Notes under the pieces: generated by a model
Seen by the model: only the letters and a program-made list of their open reading frames with translations
What the model was told of the DNA's origin: nothing
Database searches by the model: none
Position numbers and translations under genes: made by a program
Shown: piece by piece, positions 31,579 through 50,029 of the stretch
How positions within the stretch are numbered: the stretch's first letter is position 1
How the letters are laid out: every line of letters begins with the position of its first letter
Assembly (NCBI GenBank): GCA_033442325.1
Contig: JAWQFM010000004.1
Coordinates: forward strand, 121,510-185,509
Direction of reading: 5' to 3'
From: Salpingoeca rosetta
Taxonomy: Eukaryota > Protista > Choanoflagellata
Length of the DNA stretch: 64,000 nucleotides

Positions 31579-31954
31579 GTCAGTGTGATTGTGTGTGATT
31601 GTGTGGGTGGGTGGATGGTTGGGCTCGAATATGCTTGCGCTTCTGATCCCCTCCCGTTGGCACATGCATGCCTGCAAGCACACCTGTACGTGCGCGCTTG
31701 TGCTAACAATGAAACCATCGCTTGTGCTGAAACCAGGCATCAAGTGCCCAACGCTGACCGTGGCCAATGGCGCTGTCAGCGGCGACTGTGATGGCCTGTC
31801 AGGTGTGCCATTGCGTTTTGTTTGGGTGGACAATGCTGCTGACGAACAAGAGTAGTTTTCCATGCGGTGCTGTTGTGCTGCGCGATGCCTGCCTTTGTGG
31901 ATCGTGCTCCCTTGTGTCTCATTCTTTCCCCCAACACACACACACACACACACA

Positions 31955-32031
<77 letters not shown>

Positions 32032-35000
32032 TCTCTCCCTCGCTCTCTGTACGCTCTGTGTGTGTTTACAGTTGGAGACGAGTGCACCGTGTCCTCGTGC
32101 GACTCTGGGTACTGGTTCTCTGACAGCGGCAGCAGGACGGTCACGTGCACAGAAGTCAACGGCGAGCGCATGTGGTCCGGATCTCTCAACACATGCGAAG
32201 GTGAGCAGGCAAGGAGAAAGGAATACAGTTGCTGGTGTGTGTGTGTGTGTGTGTTGCGGTGCACACCAGAGCTTGGCCTCCTCCATCTGCGAAAATCGGC
32301 AGAGACTATCTCCATTCGCAATGCTCACCACAACCCAACTGTGGTTGTCCGTATTTCATGGTGCGTGCAGCTGTGACGTGCATGGCGCTGTCGCTGAACC
32401 ATGGCTCCGTGTCTGGCTCGTGCTCCGGCACTGTCGGTACGTCATCAGAGCAGTTCTGTCAATGCCGGTCGCACTTGATGCGTTGGGGTTCACACGCAGC
32501 TGCTGCTTTGCTCCATGCCTTGCGAATGCCACTCCATCGCCATCTCGACGCCCTCTCACATTGTGCGTGAATTCGAAATGCGTGCAACCACAAACAACAA
32601 CAACAACAACAACAACAACAATAACAACCAGGCGACCAGTGCACGTACTCGGGCTGTGACGACGGCTTCCTGCTGTCGTCTGAAGGCACAACAACGCGCA
32701 CATGTACTCAGAACGAAGACACCGCAAGCTGGAGCGGCGACGCCAAGAGCTGCTTCGGTTCGTGCATGGATACGTTGTAGTGGATGATGACATGGGCCAC
32801 TCTACAGCTGCAGTTGTTTCCTTTGCTGACAGTTGCACGTTAATCCCGGCTGTCTTCATCAACACTCACTCCTCGCCTCTTCTGTCTCTTGTTGCGTACA
32901 GAACTGCTGGAAGGAGCGTCGGGGGAGACGTTCACGCTCTCTTGCGCTTCCGGCCAGGGCTTTGTTGGCGTCACCTCAGATGCCCAAAACTCGGCTGTGG
33001 GAGGTGTGTTGTTCGTTTGTTTGTTTGTGTATGCGTGTGTGTGTCATTTGTGCGCGTCGCTTGTACGCACACTCGTATGCACACTTGCACGTGTGCAGCC
33101 TCGAAAGTTCTTGCTCATGTGCGCGAGCAGTATGGTGTTACAACTTCCCTACTTGCTGTTGTGCTGCGCTCTCCTCATCTTCGTCGTCTCATCGATGATT
33201 GTTGTTGTTTCGATTGCATCTCCGCGTTGCCGTGAACAGACCGCCGCGACTGGGGCTTTGCCTGTGATGATGTTGGCAGCAACGACGCCAACCGTGTGTG
33301 GAGCATGCACGAGGAGATCAACTCTGCTCGCGGCAGCTTTGACTTCACCTGCCCTTATGACTCATACTGTACGTCTCATGGGATCATCATGTCTTTGCAT
33401 CTGTGTGCGTGTGATTGTTGTCTGGTTGTATGCATCCGTGTGCGTGAGCGACTATGTTGTGTATTTGCGGTTCCATGTGCACTTTTGACTGTGATGGCTT
33501 CTTGACCCCTTCCATCTTGTTTCTTGCACACCTGCTGCAGACATCTCTGGTGTGACGACATCATACCTTGACAGCCCCAACGACCGCCTGTGGGGGTTCC
33601 AGTGCTCGCTCATCTTTGGCGCCACACTCGGCAACTGCCAGCTCAGCAGCTCTTACAGCGCCAGCACCTTCAACTTTGACTACACCGTCCCCACGGGACA
33701 CGTGCTTGTCGGTGAGTGTGTGAGTGGTGAGAGAGTGTGTGTGCGGGGATGAGTTTAGGAGTTTGAGTACGCGTACGTGTGAGTGAATTTGAGCATGCAT
33801 GTGGCTTGATGCTAGCACCTTGCTCTTACGCTACACATTCTTCAAGTAACGCACAAAAACGTCGTCTCTGTCCATCTTTCTCCATTCAACTGCAGGTGTC
33901 AAGTCGTCGTACTCCACATCCTCTGGCGCCCGCTCCTTCCAGTTTAGGACCTGCGAGGTACCCACCACATGCCATCCTGTGTGAATGTGTGCGTGCGTGT
34001 GCGTGATGCTTTGAAGAACTGTGTGAATGGATTATGTGTTGACGTCCACTCATTCAACCCGCTGCACAATATGCTGGATATGAACGTGTTCAGGTCCAGT
34101 GTAGGACTGGACAGGAATACTTTTCCACTGGTGGTGCAGAGTGCCAGCGTGAGTGTGGCTAAGATCGCGATCATGCGCACTCCCAGAGTGAAGTTGTTTG
34201 TGTGCTTGCTGACACAATAGTGCCTTTCAGGGAGGTTGAGCGTGTGGGCTGTTCTCATCTCGCTTCAACTGTTAGCGCGCCCCCTCACGTACACCATCAC
34301 ACCCCTCACCACACTGTGCTTGTCTGCGCAGGTGTTGGCTGTGGAGCGCTGACGCTGGAGAATGGTGCTGTGTCTGGTTCCTGCGATGGCAACATCGGTA
34401 CGAATGCGTGGAGTGTCTACCCATGCTTTGGTTGCACTCGTTCTCATTTTTTCTTCTCTTTCTCTCCATCTACAGCAGCAGCTGCTGCAGCTGTTGTTGT
34501 TATATCCCTTGCTTGCATCTTATCATGCGACGCCTGGCGGTGTTGATGATGACGCCGATGTTCGCTCACCGTCACTGCACTGCACGATGACTGCCACCTG
34601 CCAGGCGATCAATGCGACTACGAGCAGTGCAACGGCGGCTACACGCTCTCAGAGAGCGGCAGTTCCCAGCGCGAGTGCGTTGTGGTCAATGACAAGCCAC
34701 AGTGGTCGGGCCAGGCCAAGACGTGTGAACGTAAGTCAAAGCGTGCATGCGTGCTTGTGTGAGCTTTGGGGGTGCATGTGGCAGCGCTTATGTGCACATC
34801 TGCTGTTGTGTCATTGCTCGATTGACAAACACGACTCGCTCACTCAACTCACTCGCTCACACACGTACACACACTCACTCACTCACACGTGCACACACAC
34901 TCTCGGCTGCTGTAGGCGTGACAACGACGACCGCCGAGCCAACAACGCTGGATGTGTGCAGCGTGTACAAGACTGCGCCCAACCCAACAACGTGCCGCTC

Positions 35001-37161
35001 ACAATGCGACTACTACGACAGAGGCGATGCAACCTTCAGCAAGTCTTACGGCGAATGCTCCAACGTGTGTACACAAAGTGTATCTGTATTGATGTGTTTG
35101 TGTGATCATGGTACCCGTAATTGCATGACCTTTCACTGTCGTTTGTGGTACTGCTGTCCCGTCGTTTCAGTCACGCTGTGCACTGTGAAATCCTCAGCAT
35201 CTGACACGCACGCACACACACGCTTACACGCGCACACTGCATACACGTGCAACCACCACTCTTGTGACTTTGCTGACCTGTTCGTTCAGGTGTGCACGTG
35301 CGGGTGCCGACGTCGCTTCAAGATCACCAAGACGGAGGAGCGGTGCAGTGCACACTGTGCAGACCAGGGTCTGGCCGCTGCGTTCCGCGACATGCACCTT
35401 GGCTGCCGAAAGGTGGGTCAATTGTCTTTGCTTTCTTGTGTTGGCTCTGTTTATTTGCCTCGGTGTACCGTTTTGTGTGTGTGTGTGTGTGTGTTTGTGG
35501 TGGCTTTTCAAGTATCTGTATTTGCACAGTGTATCATTTGCCTACGTTCGTACAGTGTATCGCATGCCTACATTTGCACAGTGTGCGCGTGCGAAAGTGT
35601 GCACTCTTCGTACTACAGTGCCTGCTCAACCCATTCTCTCATTGTGATGGTTTTTTTTTTTTTGATTCCCTGTGCACATCACTCGCTGCTCCTCACATGA
35701 TCCACCACCTTGTCCCAGGTGTGCCTGTGTGTGGATGCGGATGCGCCAACGACGCCAGCTGGTGGTGCGCTGACAGAACCTGATGCTGATGAGAACGCGC
35801 TCGACTTCCCATTCAGCGAGTACAACTACGAAGAGACGTTCACAGGCGCGATCACGGGCAACAACAACCCGCGTCGCTTCTCAACTGCATTTGAGACCAG
35901 CGCCACCATTGTGAACATGGAGGGCGAGTCGATGCTGCAGTGCCTGCGGTACTGCGATGCAGACCCGGATTGTCTCGGCATCTTCGCCAGCGTCGTCAAC
36001 GGCATGCTTCGGTGCCAGCTCATGAGCGACCTTGGCTCCGGCACGGGCGTGTCCACACAGATTGTGTCCAAGTCGCTGACCAAGGGCACCCAGCCGTCTG
36101 CTGTTGGGACGACAACGCCTTCCATTGCCAGCGCCATCCAGACGGTTGTTGGCAACGGCGGCACGACGTGGGACTCGTCAGCAACCCTGCTCAACACGGG
36201 TCTCAACCAACCGGACTGCGTCACCTTTGACGGCGAGCACGAGATGCTGGTGACGATGGTGTCCGACCACCGCGTCATCCGCGTGGACTTGCGCACGCGC
36301 ACGTCCTCCCTGGTTGCCGGCACGGGCGAGATGGGCGCGGACGGTGTTGGCGGCGCTGCCACGAGCGCACAGCTGAACCGCCCCCGCTGCGCCATTGCCG
36401 ATGTGGAGGGCAACGTGTACATCACGGAGGAAGGCAACCACCGCGTGTCTGTTGTCGATGTGGTGAGCAAGAAGCTGTCGGTGTTTGCTGGCACCGGTGA
36501 TGGCGGGCACCGCGGGATGGGCGGTGTGGCGACGGCTGCGCAGATCCACTCGCCACAGGCCATGGCATGGACAGAGGAAGGCAACCTGCTGTTCTCGGAC
36601 GAGGAGAACCACGCCGTGTACATGGTGAACCCGCACACCACCATCATCTCCGTTGTTGCCGGCACGCCGCGGGTGGCTGGCGATGAGGGCGACGGGCAGC
36701 TGGCGATTGGGGCGCGCCTCAACATGCCTGCAGGCATTGCCGTGTACGACCACATGCTGTACATTGCAGACAGCGGCAACCACCGCGTCCGCGCAGTGGA
36801 TCTGTACACGCAGGTCATCACCACGGTGGCCGGCACCGGTGTTGCTGGGTTCAGCGGCGATGGTGGCCTGCCCACGGACGCGCGTCTCGACACCCCGCGT
36901 GGCGTGGCCGTGCACTCGTCTGGCTCGCTTGCCATTGCAGACAGCGGCAACCACCGCGTCCGCGAGTTCAACATTGGGGTTGGCGCGGCCGGCATCATCA
37001 CCACCACCGCTGGTAACGGCCAGCGCGGGTACAACGGTGACGGCATGGTGGCCACAGACACGGCGCTCAACTTCCCGACGGGCATCACCTTCTCCCCGCT
37101 CACCGACAACGTCCTCTTTGTCGACCGCCGCAACCGGCGCGTGCGCCAGATCTGGGCTTGA
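25576..37161 (+). CDS. Secreted protein: 3 dermatopontin domains + 7 six-Cys sushi (CCP) modules + Cys-rich/PAN + NHL-repeat beta-propeller
   Basis: Signal peptide MMRMGGHLVVALLLLASVTPAQA. Repeated YxNxF/YDxP..SYHxNxxEDRRW motifs (26308-28872; divergent third copy 32902-33957). Seven CxxLSLxxGxxSGxCxG / GDxCxYxxCxxGY..RxC..WSG..TC modules. The last exon 35720-37161 has CLRYCDADPDC (PAN) and LNxPxGIAV..LYIADSGNHRVR (NHL). No TM. Confidence 0.85.
25827..26133. other. Assembly gap (N run) inside a (TG)n intron
   Basis: Run of N flanked by TG microsatellite. Confidence 0.98.
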
Positions 37162-37974
37162 TTGAGACTGCCTGCGGCGAACATCAACGCGGACGAAATG
37201 AAGAAACAAGCCTTTTGACACCAAAGGCATCCACATCCTCCCCCCCCCCCATCCACACAAACAAACACAACAACAACAAAGCAACAATAACACGCACACA
37301 CGCACACGCACACACGCATTCGCGTTCACACTCATCCACCTCCTGTCCTAGTGTCCTCGCTTTCGTCTCCCCTCGCGTTCCCTGTCATTGAACCCCTATT
37401 GCATGGTGTCTTTTCCAGTTTTCCGTTTGTTCTCTCCTTGTTTAGTTCTTTCGTGTGTTTCCTCGTTGCGTTTCATGTGGGTCGTTTCCCGTGCGCTTCG
37501 GACCTGCTCCGCGCACTTGTTACATTGTTACAACGGCCACTCGCAGGCGTGACGAGTGTGGAGGGGAGAGGGAGGGAGGAGGAGGCTTGTCTCCTGTGCC
37601 CCCTCCCGCATTGTTGCTGGTGCTGTGAGTGCGATGGCTGTTTGTTCGAAGATAGAGGAGAGCTGAGAAGAGGGCCACAAAAAGCAAAGCAAAGCACGAA
37701 CAGGGAAGAGAAGAGTGAGAGCTGAGTGAAGGAAGAAGCAAAGCAAAGGCACACTCTCGCTCATCCATACCCCGCTTTGTGATGTCGTAATCGGTTGAGA
37801 AAGATCTTTCACAATTTTCGTCGTATCCAGCGTGCGATCGCTCTCTTCTTCTTTCCTCCAGCCACACAGCCACGCATTGATCAACCAACACCTCGTGTGT
37901 GCGTGCGTCTTTTGTCTCATCTGTCTCCGTGATCTCGAACCAGTCGATCCAAACAAGTGCAGGAAACCAGCATC

Positions 37975-42987
<5,013 letters not shown>

Positions 42988-43360
42988 AGGACCCGCATCT
43001 GATGGAGAGGAAATAGGCGGCGACATTCACCTCTCTTTTTAAGCGCAGTGCAATACGGCTGTGGTTTGTCTGCAACTGCGCCTTGTTTCGTTGATTGGTT
43101 GTTTGTTGTTCTCGTTGTTCTCGTTGTTGGGTTGCTTGTGCTTGTTGGCTGCTTGTTGGTTGTTTGCTGCGCGCGACCATGGAACACGCCCACTCGCTTT
43201 TGCCGTGTGGTATTCCTCGCGTCTCGCGTGGTCCAGCCCTCTGATTGCATAGCACGCGTGACCGTTTTGTCTTGTTTGCTTCATTCCAGCCCAACCTGCT
43301 ATCGTTTACGCTCTCTCAAATGAACCCATCAGTCCATGAGCCGCGGGGAACAACCATAAA

Positions 43361-43439
<79 letters not shown>

Positions 43440-44346
43440 GCTGTTGCTGCTGTTGCTGCTGAGGGCAGACGTTGTTGGAGCGGTTGTTGCTGTTGTCCCA
43501 CTGACGAAGCAACAGCCTCTTCAGGTTTCGCAAGCTTGGCGGTTCAGTCCGTGTACGAAGGAAGGAAGACAAAGCGATGTGGGGTGTCGGATGCACATGA
43601 TCATTATTTCCCTCCTCCCCGCCTCGTTTTTTTTTTTTTTTTTTTGTTTGTTTGTAAGGCTGCGTTGTGTGATGATTCGGGCGCTGATAATTCTGCAATT
43701 GATCAAAGACTCGCGGACGTAAACAGTGCCATGGGTGAGAGCACAACGATAGCGCAAGCACTCAATGGCTCAATGGCGCTGTTGTTGTTGTTATTAAGGG
43801 TGATGTTCTGATGATGCACTCTTGTACTGGTACTGTCATGAAACTTATTTTACAATAAACACGAAGGAAAAGTGCACCCGCTTTTTGTTTTGTCTTGTTT
43901 GGCTGTCGGGCTGGTACCTGTGTTTCCTTTTCAAGGCTCGAACACCGAGAATGCCATGTTGGCCGCAACACAAGCATTTGCAACGGCAAGTCTCTCAGAT
44001 GCTCTGCACACCACCTCCTGAAGTGAACACGCCAGCACCACCCGCCTACCCGCACCATTTGTTGAGCACGATCGCAGACACCAAAGCCTCAAAGCAACAA
44101 AGGCAACACCAATGCACAATTGCCTCTTGCAAGCGTAACAGCTTTCATGCGTGCGTCATGCACACTGTCAATAAACCATACACACACATGGCTCCAACTA
44201 GCCAGCGTTGTTGGAAGATTTGGGGTCAGGGAGGGGCCAGCAAGCACGCAGGCAGAGACAAACACGGCGAGAAAGAGGCAGTGGGGCAGACAGGCACAGG
44301 CACAGATGGGGGGGGGGCGGTCAGACACAGGCACACAGGCACACAG

Positions 44347-44490
44347 ACGCAAATACGCAGACAGCACAGACGCACATACGCAGACAGCACAAACACGCAA
44401 ATACGCAGACAGCACAGACGCACATACGCAGACAGCACAAACACGCAAATACGCAGACACAGACAGACGCACATACGCAGACAGCACAAA
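44347..44490. repeat. Minisatellite of about 46 bp units (about 3 copies)
   Basis: acgcaaatacgcagacagcacagacgcacatacgcagacagcacaa repeated in tandem. Confidence 0.8.
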
Positions 44491-44641
44491 CACGCACATA
44501 CAAAGACACAGACAGATACACAGACGCAGATACACACAGACACGCACAGATACACACATACAAACACAAACACAAACACACACGCACGCATTAGCCACAA
44601 AAAGCACAAAACACACAAAAACACACGTATCAGCCCACACA

Positions 44642-46103
44642 TCAGCGGGATGAGAAGTTGTCGTCTTCGAGCTCGTCCCCGTATCTGCTGACGCGCGTGC
44701 GAACGGCTCGCGAGTCCTGCGGTGTGCCATCATCCCATCCGTGGACCCGCTGGTCATTGTACTGCGACGCCGAAGAAGATGATGCTGGTGGCGGTGCGGT
44801 GTTGTCGGTGCTCTGGCGTGCCCACGCTGGGCGTTGGCGTGATGGCGGCTGGTGTGTCTGGCGGTGTGCACTTCTCAGGTCGGCGTACGAGTGTGCAGGC
44901 GTCGTCCCTGCCTCGCGGGCTGCATATGGGTCCTCATCATCCCTGCCGCCCCACTCGTCGGCCGCACTGCCGAAACCACCACCACGCGTCGTGTCTCGCC
45001 GCGCATCCTGCGACCCGTCATCGTATGTTGGCAGTCCATCGGGGGCAAATGTCTCCGGCACGTGGTCGCGCACGGGCTCAGCGGAGCGGTCGACAGGCCG
45101 CTGGTATTGCGTTCCATAGTCGCCAGCGCCCATGCTGCCCTGCCCGTACCCGTATCCATATCCGTGCCCGCCATACCCAGGAGCTGGCGGTGGCGACTGC
45201 TGTCCCTGCGTGTCGTCGGTGAGCACCTCATCGGGCGGCTGTGCGGGTGCAGTGGTGCGGCTGCGGGGATAGCGGCGAGCGTCGCCAAAGGCAGGCTCCT
45301 GCTGATACTCCTGCTGTTGCTCTTGATAGTGTTGCTGTTGGTACTGTTGTTGCTGGTACTGGAGTGGGCGGGTGTCGTGCTGGCCCTGCTGCTGAGCAGG
45401 CGGCGGCTTGGCGTGCTTTGCTCGCTCCATGAACGCGCGCAGCTCGTCAGCCATGGGCGAGTTGGACAGGGCCAGGATCTTCTCCACGCACCGTGGCTGG
45501 TACGACACAACACCCGCATAGAAGCCTGCGTGTGTGCATGCATGCGTGCGTGCGTGTGTGCGTGTGCGTGCGCGCGCGTGTGTGCATGCATGCGTGAGCG
45601 TGTGAGTGAATGTGCGTGTGAGTGAATGTGCGCGTGAGTGTTCGTGAACGGGTTTGGAAGAGGAAAGAGAGGAAGCGGGGGAGGGGTTGCTTCGCGTGAG
45701 TGGATGGACAGCCAACGGCAGACGCTGCTATGAAAGCATGGCATGCAAGACACAAGCAGTTGCTCCGGATACGTGCGTGTGCGCGACGTACCGGCGCTGC
45801 CGAAGCCAACGTGGTATGCAATCGACACGAGGCGCGTGGGAGGGCGGCCGCGGCGTGAAACCACTGACACGAAGGTATGAACAGGGTGGCAATGACCAGG
45901 GTGTGAGGAGGAGAAACAAGTCGAGGCACAGAGGGACAAGGGACTAGGAGGGCAAAGTGATTGGAAGCGGGGGGGGGGTACTGACGCAGGTGCACAGACA
46001 GACAGAGAGATGGACAGAGAGATAGACAGAGAGACAGACACACAGACACAGACAGACAGACAGACAGACAGAGAGAGAGACCGACAGAGACAGACAGACA
46101 GAC

Positions 46104-46136
<33 letters not shown>

Positions 46137-46202
46137 CACACACGGACGCAAACACAGACACATACACAGACACAGACACAGACACAGACACAGACACAGA
46201 CA

Positions 46203-46273
<71 letters not shown>

Positions 46274-46428
46274 CACAACGTACCCCAGCGGGCGAATCCG
46301 AGCCCAGCCGCAGCACCATAGTGCACCGCGAAAGAGGCTTGCTCTCTTTGCATTCTTGCAGCACACGCTGCTCCTCTGGCGTTGGGACATACCCCCGCCC
46401 CAAGCGACGACGGTACAGGCTCAGCCAT
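44642..46428 (-). CDS. OCIAD1: OCIA domain protein (OCIAD1/Asrij ortholog), 3 exons; exon 1 has an apparent pair of compensating frameshifts
   Basis: [55 protein letters not shown] and C-terminal VSRYGD parallel the OCIAD1 motifs YIPTEEERRVFAEC, GYFAGKLSY..C.EK...LENSPLGEALR, TYEELR and NKYGD. Confidence 0.82.
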
Positions 46429-46429
46429 C

Positions 46430-46462
<33 letters not shown>

Positions 46463-46571
46463 CGTTCAGATGCAGCAGTCGTGCACCAACAGCAGCAATT
46501 CCAGTGTGAACACCGTTGTTTTTGTTTTGTGTGTGTGTGTGTGCAAATGAACAACAACTACAACATCGGTG

Positions 46572-47055
46572 ATGAGCAGCAAGCATTGCGAGACGGTGAA
46601 GGAAGAGTACGACAAGTGCTTCAACATGTGGCTGACTGCCTTTCTCAAGGACCCATCAGCAGCACAGTCAAGCGACACAACGACACAGAAGACAGAGTCG
46701 GGGATAGAGGAACACTTTACACCGTGCAAGGAGCTCTTCGACGCTTACCAGGCGTGCTTGGAGGTGTGTGTGTGCGTGTGTACGTGTGTGTGTACGTGTG
46801 TGTGTACGTGTGTGTGTACGTGTGTGTGTGTACGTGTGTGTACGTGTGTGCCTATGCGTCGATGTGGTACGCAGTCTCTCGCTCACCCTCTCGCTAACCC
46901 TCTCGCTCACACTCACTCCCTCACTCCGTCTGGTCCATTTCGTCAACCATCTCGATCATCTCACGTCGCCCTACCCATAGGATGTGCTCAAGGATCAAGG
47001 ACTAACACGCGACGACTTACACTTGAACGATGACAAAGACGGAAGAAACCAATAG
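46572..47055 (+). CDS. TRIAP1: Mitochondrial twin-CX9C protein TRIAP1/Mdm35 (2 exons: 46572-46763, 46981-47055)
   Basis: CETVKEEYDKCFNMW..FLK and PCKELFDAYQACL twin CX9C motifs; the GT..AG intron gives DVLKDQGL...NQ*. Confidence 0.9.
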
Positions 47056-47205
47056 CGGCAAGGATGCGTGTCGATACAAATGGCTGATCGCATGAATGTT
47101 TGCACGCGTTGTTGTGGTATAGTATGGTGGCCCCCCCCCCCCCGCGCGCGTGTGTGTGTATACGCTTGTCCAGGGTTGATATGCTCCTTTGATTGCACAT
47201 GCATG

Positions 47206-47265
<60 letters not shown>

Positions 47266-47610
47266 CGTGCACGGCACGGCACCCTCATTCCACGTGTGAA
47301 TTTGATCAACACAGCATATGTCACTGACTTGCTGGGGCGTGCTCATGCTGCGAAGCGTGTATGCTCGTGGGCTTGCACATTGTTGGGGCAGTGCAAGAAG
47401 CGGGCGTTGTAACGACACCAGTAAACAAACTCACATTAATGCAGGGCGTGTAACATGTGATGATGCAGCAAGGAAGCAGGCAAGGAAGGAAGAGGGGTCG
47501 AGGAGGGGGGGGGGGGGGGAGAAGGATTTGCAACACACTGAGCAGCGTGAAAGAACAGCCGGGACGAAAGCAGAGAGAACAGGCATGCGAGGGCAAGCAC
47601 ACAGACACAC

Positions 47611-47658
<48 letters not shown>

Positions 47659-47669
47659 TTTACGTGTGC

Positions 47670-49032
47670 TCACGGCGTGGAGGGCAGGCGAACAATAACG
47701 TGGCAAAAGTTGTCTGCGTGGGACATGTGTGCTGCAAGCCACTGCAGCGGCGTGTCAAGTGGCGGCTCAACACCTTGCACAATCACAGACACCTGCTGCT
47801 TCTCACCACCATCATTGTCTTCGCCAGCCGTCATCACCACCTTCTTGTCCTTGTCCTCTGTGCCATCATCATCATCATCGCCATCATCACCACCATTGTC
47901 ATCGTCATCATCTGCATCAGCATCAACATCGGTTGTTGCTGTGGCGTTGGTGTACGTGAACCCGCCACCCAGCAGCACCGACAAGAGGTCGGACAGTGTC
48001 AGTGGCATGCCTTCGTCGTCTGCCACGCCAAACGGCTCGCGCACCATCTGCGTGATCTCCCATGGCCCTGTGTCGCCTGTGCGCGCGGTCATGTACAGGC
48101 AGAAGGGGAACTGCTTGAACCAGTTGTTGTCTGGCGTGGACATCAGGTGCTGGTTCACATCTTGGAAGTCGTTGTAGTTGTCTGCACCCGGGGGCATGTG
48201 CGTGCGTAGTATGGTGGTGAGTGGTTGAGTGAGTGAGTGAGTGAGTGAGTGAGTGAGTGAGTGAGTGAGTGAGTGAGTGAGTGAGTGAGTGAGTGAGTGA
48301 GTGAGTGAGTGAGTGAGTGAGTGAGTGAGTGAGTGAGTGAGTGAGTGAGTGAGTGCGCATGTGTGCATGTGAGTGAGTGAGTGAGTGAGTGAGTGAGTGA
48401 GTGAGTGAGTGAGTGAGTGAGTGAGTGAGTGAGTGAGTGAGTGAGTGAGTGAGTGAGTGAGTGAGTGAGTGAGTGAGTGAGTGAGTGAGTGAGTGAGTGT
48501 GTGTGTGTGAGAGGGAGTGTGTGAGTGCGTGCGTACCATAGAGGAGGCCGGACCAGAGCCGCTTCAGCGTCTGCACATCGCCGAGTTCATCCAGGTTGAG
48601 TGTCCCTTGCTGTTGGGGCGGTCGTGTGTTTGTTTGGGCCAGTGAACAAGGGAGTGAGTGAAGTGGGGCAATGAGTGAGTGAAACTGTGAAGGAGGGAAG
48701 GAGTGAAGGTGTGGGTCAGTTGAATGTGCATGTTGTGCATGTGCGAGGATGTGCATGCACGTGTGTGTGTGTGTGTGTGTGCGTGTGCGAGGATGTGCAT
48801 GCACGTGTGTGTGTGTGTGCGTGTGCGCGCGAACCTTGATGAAGCACGCTTCTTTCAGCCTGCCAAGCAGCAGCGAGCAATCGTCACACGATACACAACA
48901 GCACTCACACGTGAGAAGAGCCATGGAATTTCACACACTCTCCCACGTATGCATGCGAACGAATGCACATACACCATCCAGCCATCCAAACGATGCATCG
49001 ACCACGCACACACACACACATTCAAGTACGTA

Positions 49033-49074
<42 letters not shown>

Positions 49075-49082
49075 TTCAAGTA

Positions 49083-49122
<40 letters not shown>

Positions 49123-49666
49123 TTCAAGTACGTACACACACACACACACACACAAACCTGCAGAGGAAGTGTCTCTGCAGGTCTTCAATGGTGGAATATG
49201 GCAGCAGCGCTTTGGCGGGGAAGTTCTGGCGTTGCGTTACAAACGCATTGGGGAATACGATGTGATGGCGATGATGATGATGATGATGGTGTTGATAGAT
49301 GGATAGACAAACAAGCACACACACACAGACAAACAAACACACGCACACACAGACACACACAGACACACACGCACACACCGCACACACCGCACGCAGTTAC
49401 ATGCCTCCCCCACCTTTGTGTGGACGGTGATTTCCCAGGGGCGGCCGACATCGTCAATGTCGCCGGTGAGGGCGTCAAACAGAACACCAACCGGCACGTG
49501 CCTGCCCACGCGATGTAACATGTACACGTTTGCATATCAGCATGTGTATGTGACGGGCGCATCGATGGCGGTGAACGGCTGCACACCGGCTGTCAACAAG
49601 GGAGACACATGGAGGCAGAGGGCAGACGCATATATACGCAAGAAAGCATGTGCACATCACGTCACA

Positions 49667-49708
<42 letters not shown>

Positions 49709-49947
49709 ATGTGCACCATTTGAGCGGGTATCCCTTGAACTCGAACCAGAGGACCTTTGGCTGCTGCTCCTTGACCTGCGCTTCCAGCTCGCTGACGAGA
49801 CCAGGGGCAAGCATTGTGTGTTCGTGCAGAAGGTGAATGAGGAGTGGCTTGGCCAAGCAGAGGAGCAGATTCAGGTGATTCTGGCAAAGTGACGGGTATA
49901 TGCAATCAACCGTGCACAATGTAGGCGGGAGGCAAAAAGATGGACAG

Positions 49948-50029
<82 letters not shown>

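Noticed and set aside
35826-37335. Long minus-strand ORFs (497 and 385 aa)
   Set aside because: Antisense shadows of the GC-rich NHL exon, with no independent motifs.
43000-44640. ORFs of 188-289 aa between DDX5 and OCIAD1
   Set aside because: Low-complexity convergent 3' UTR/intergenic sequence with no coding signal.
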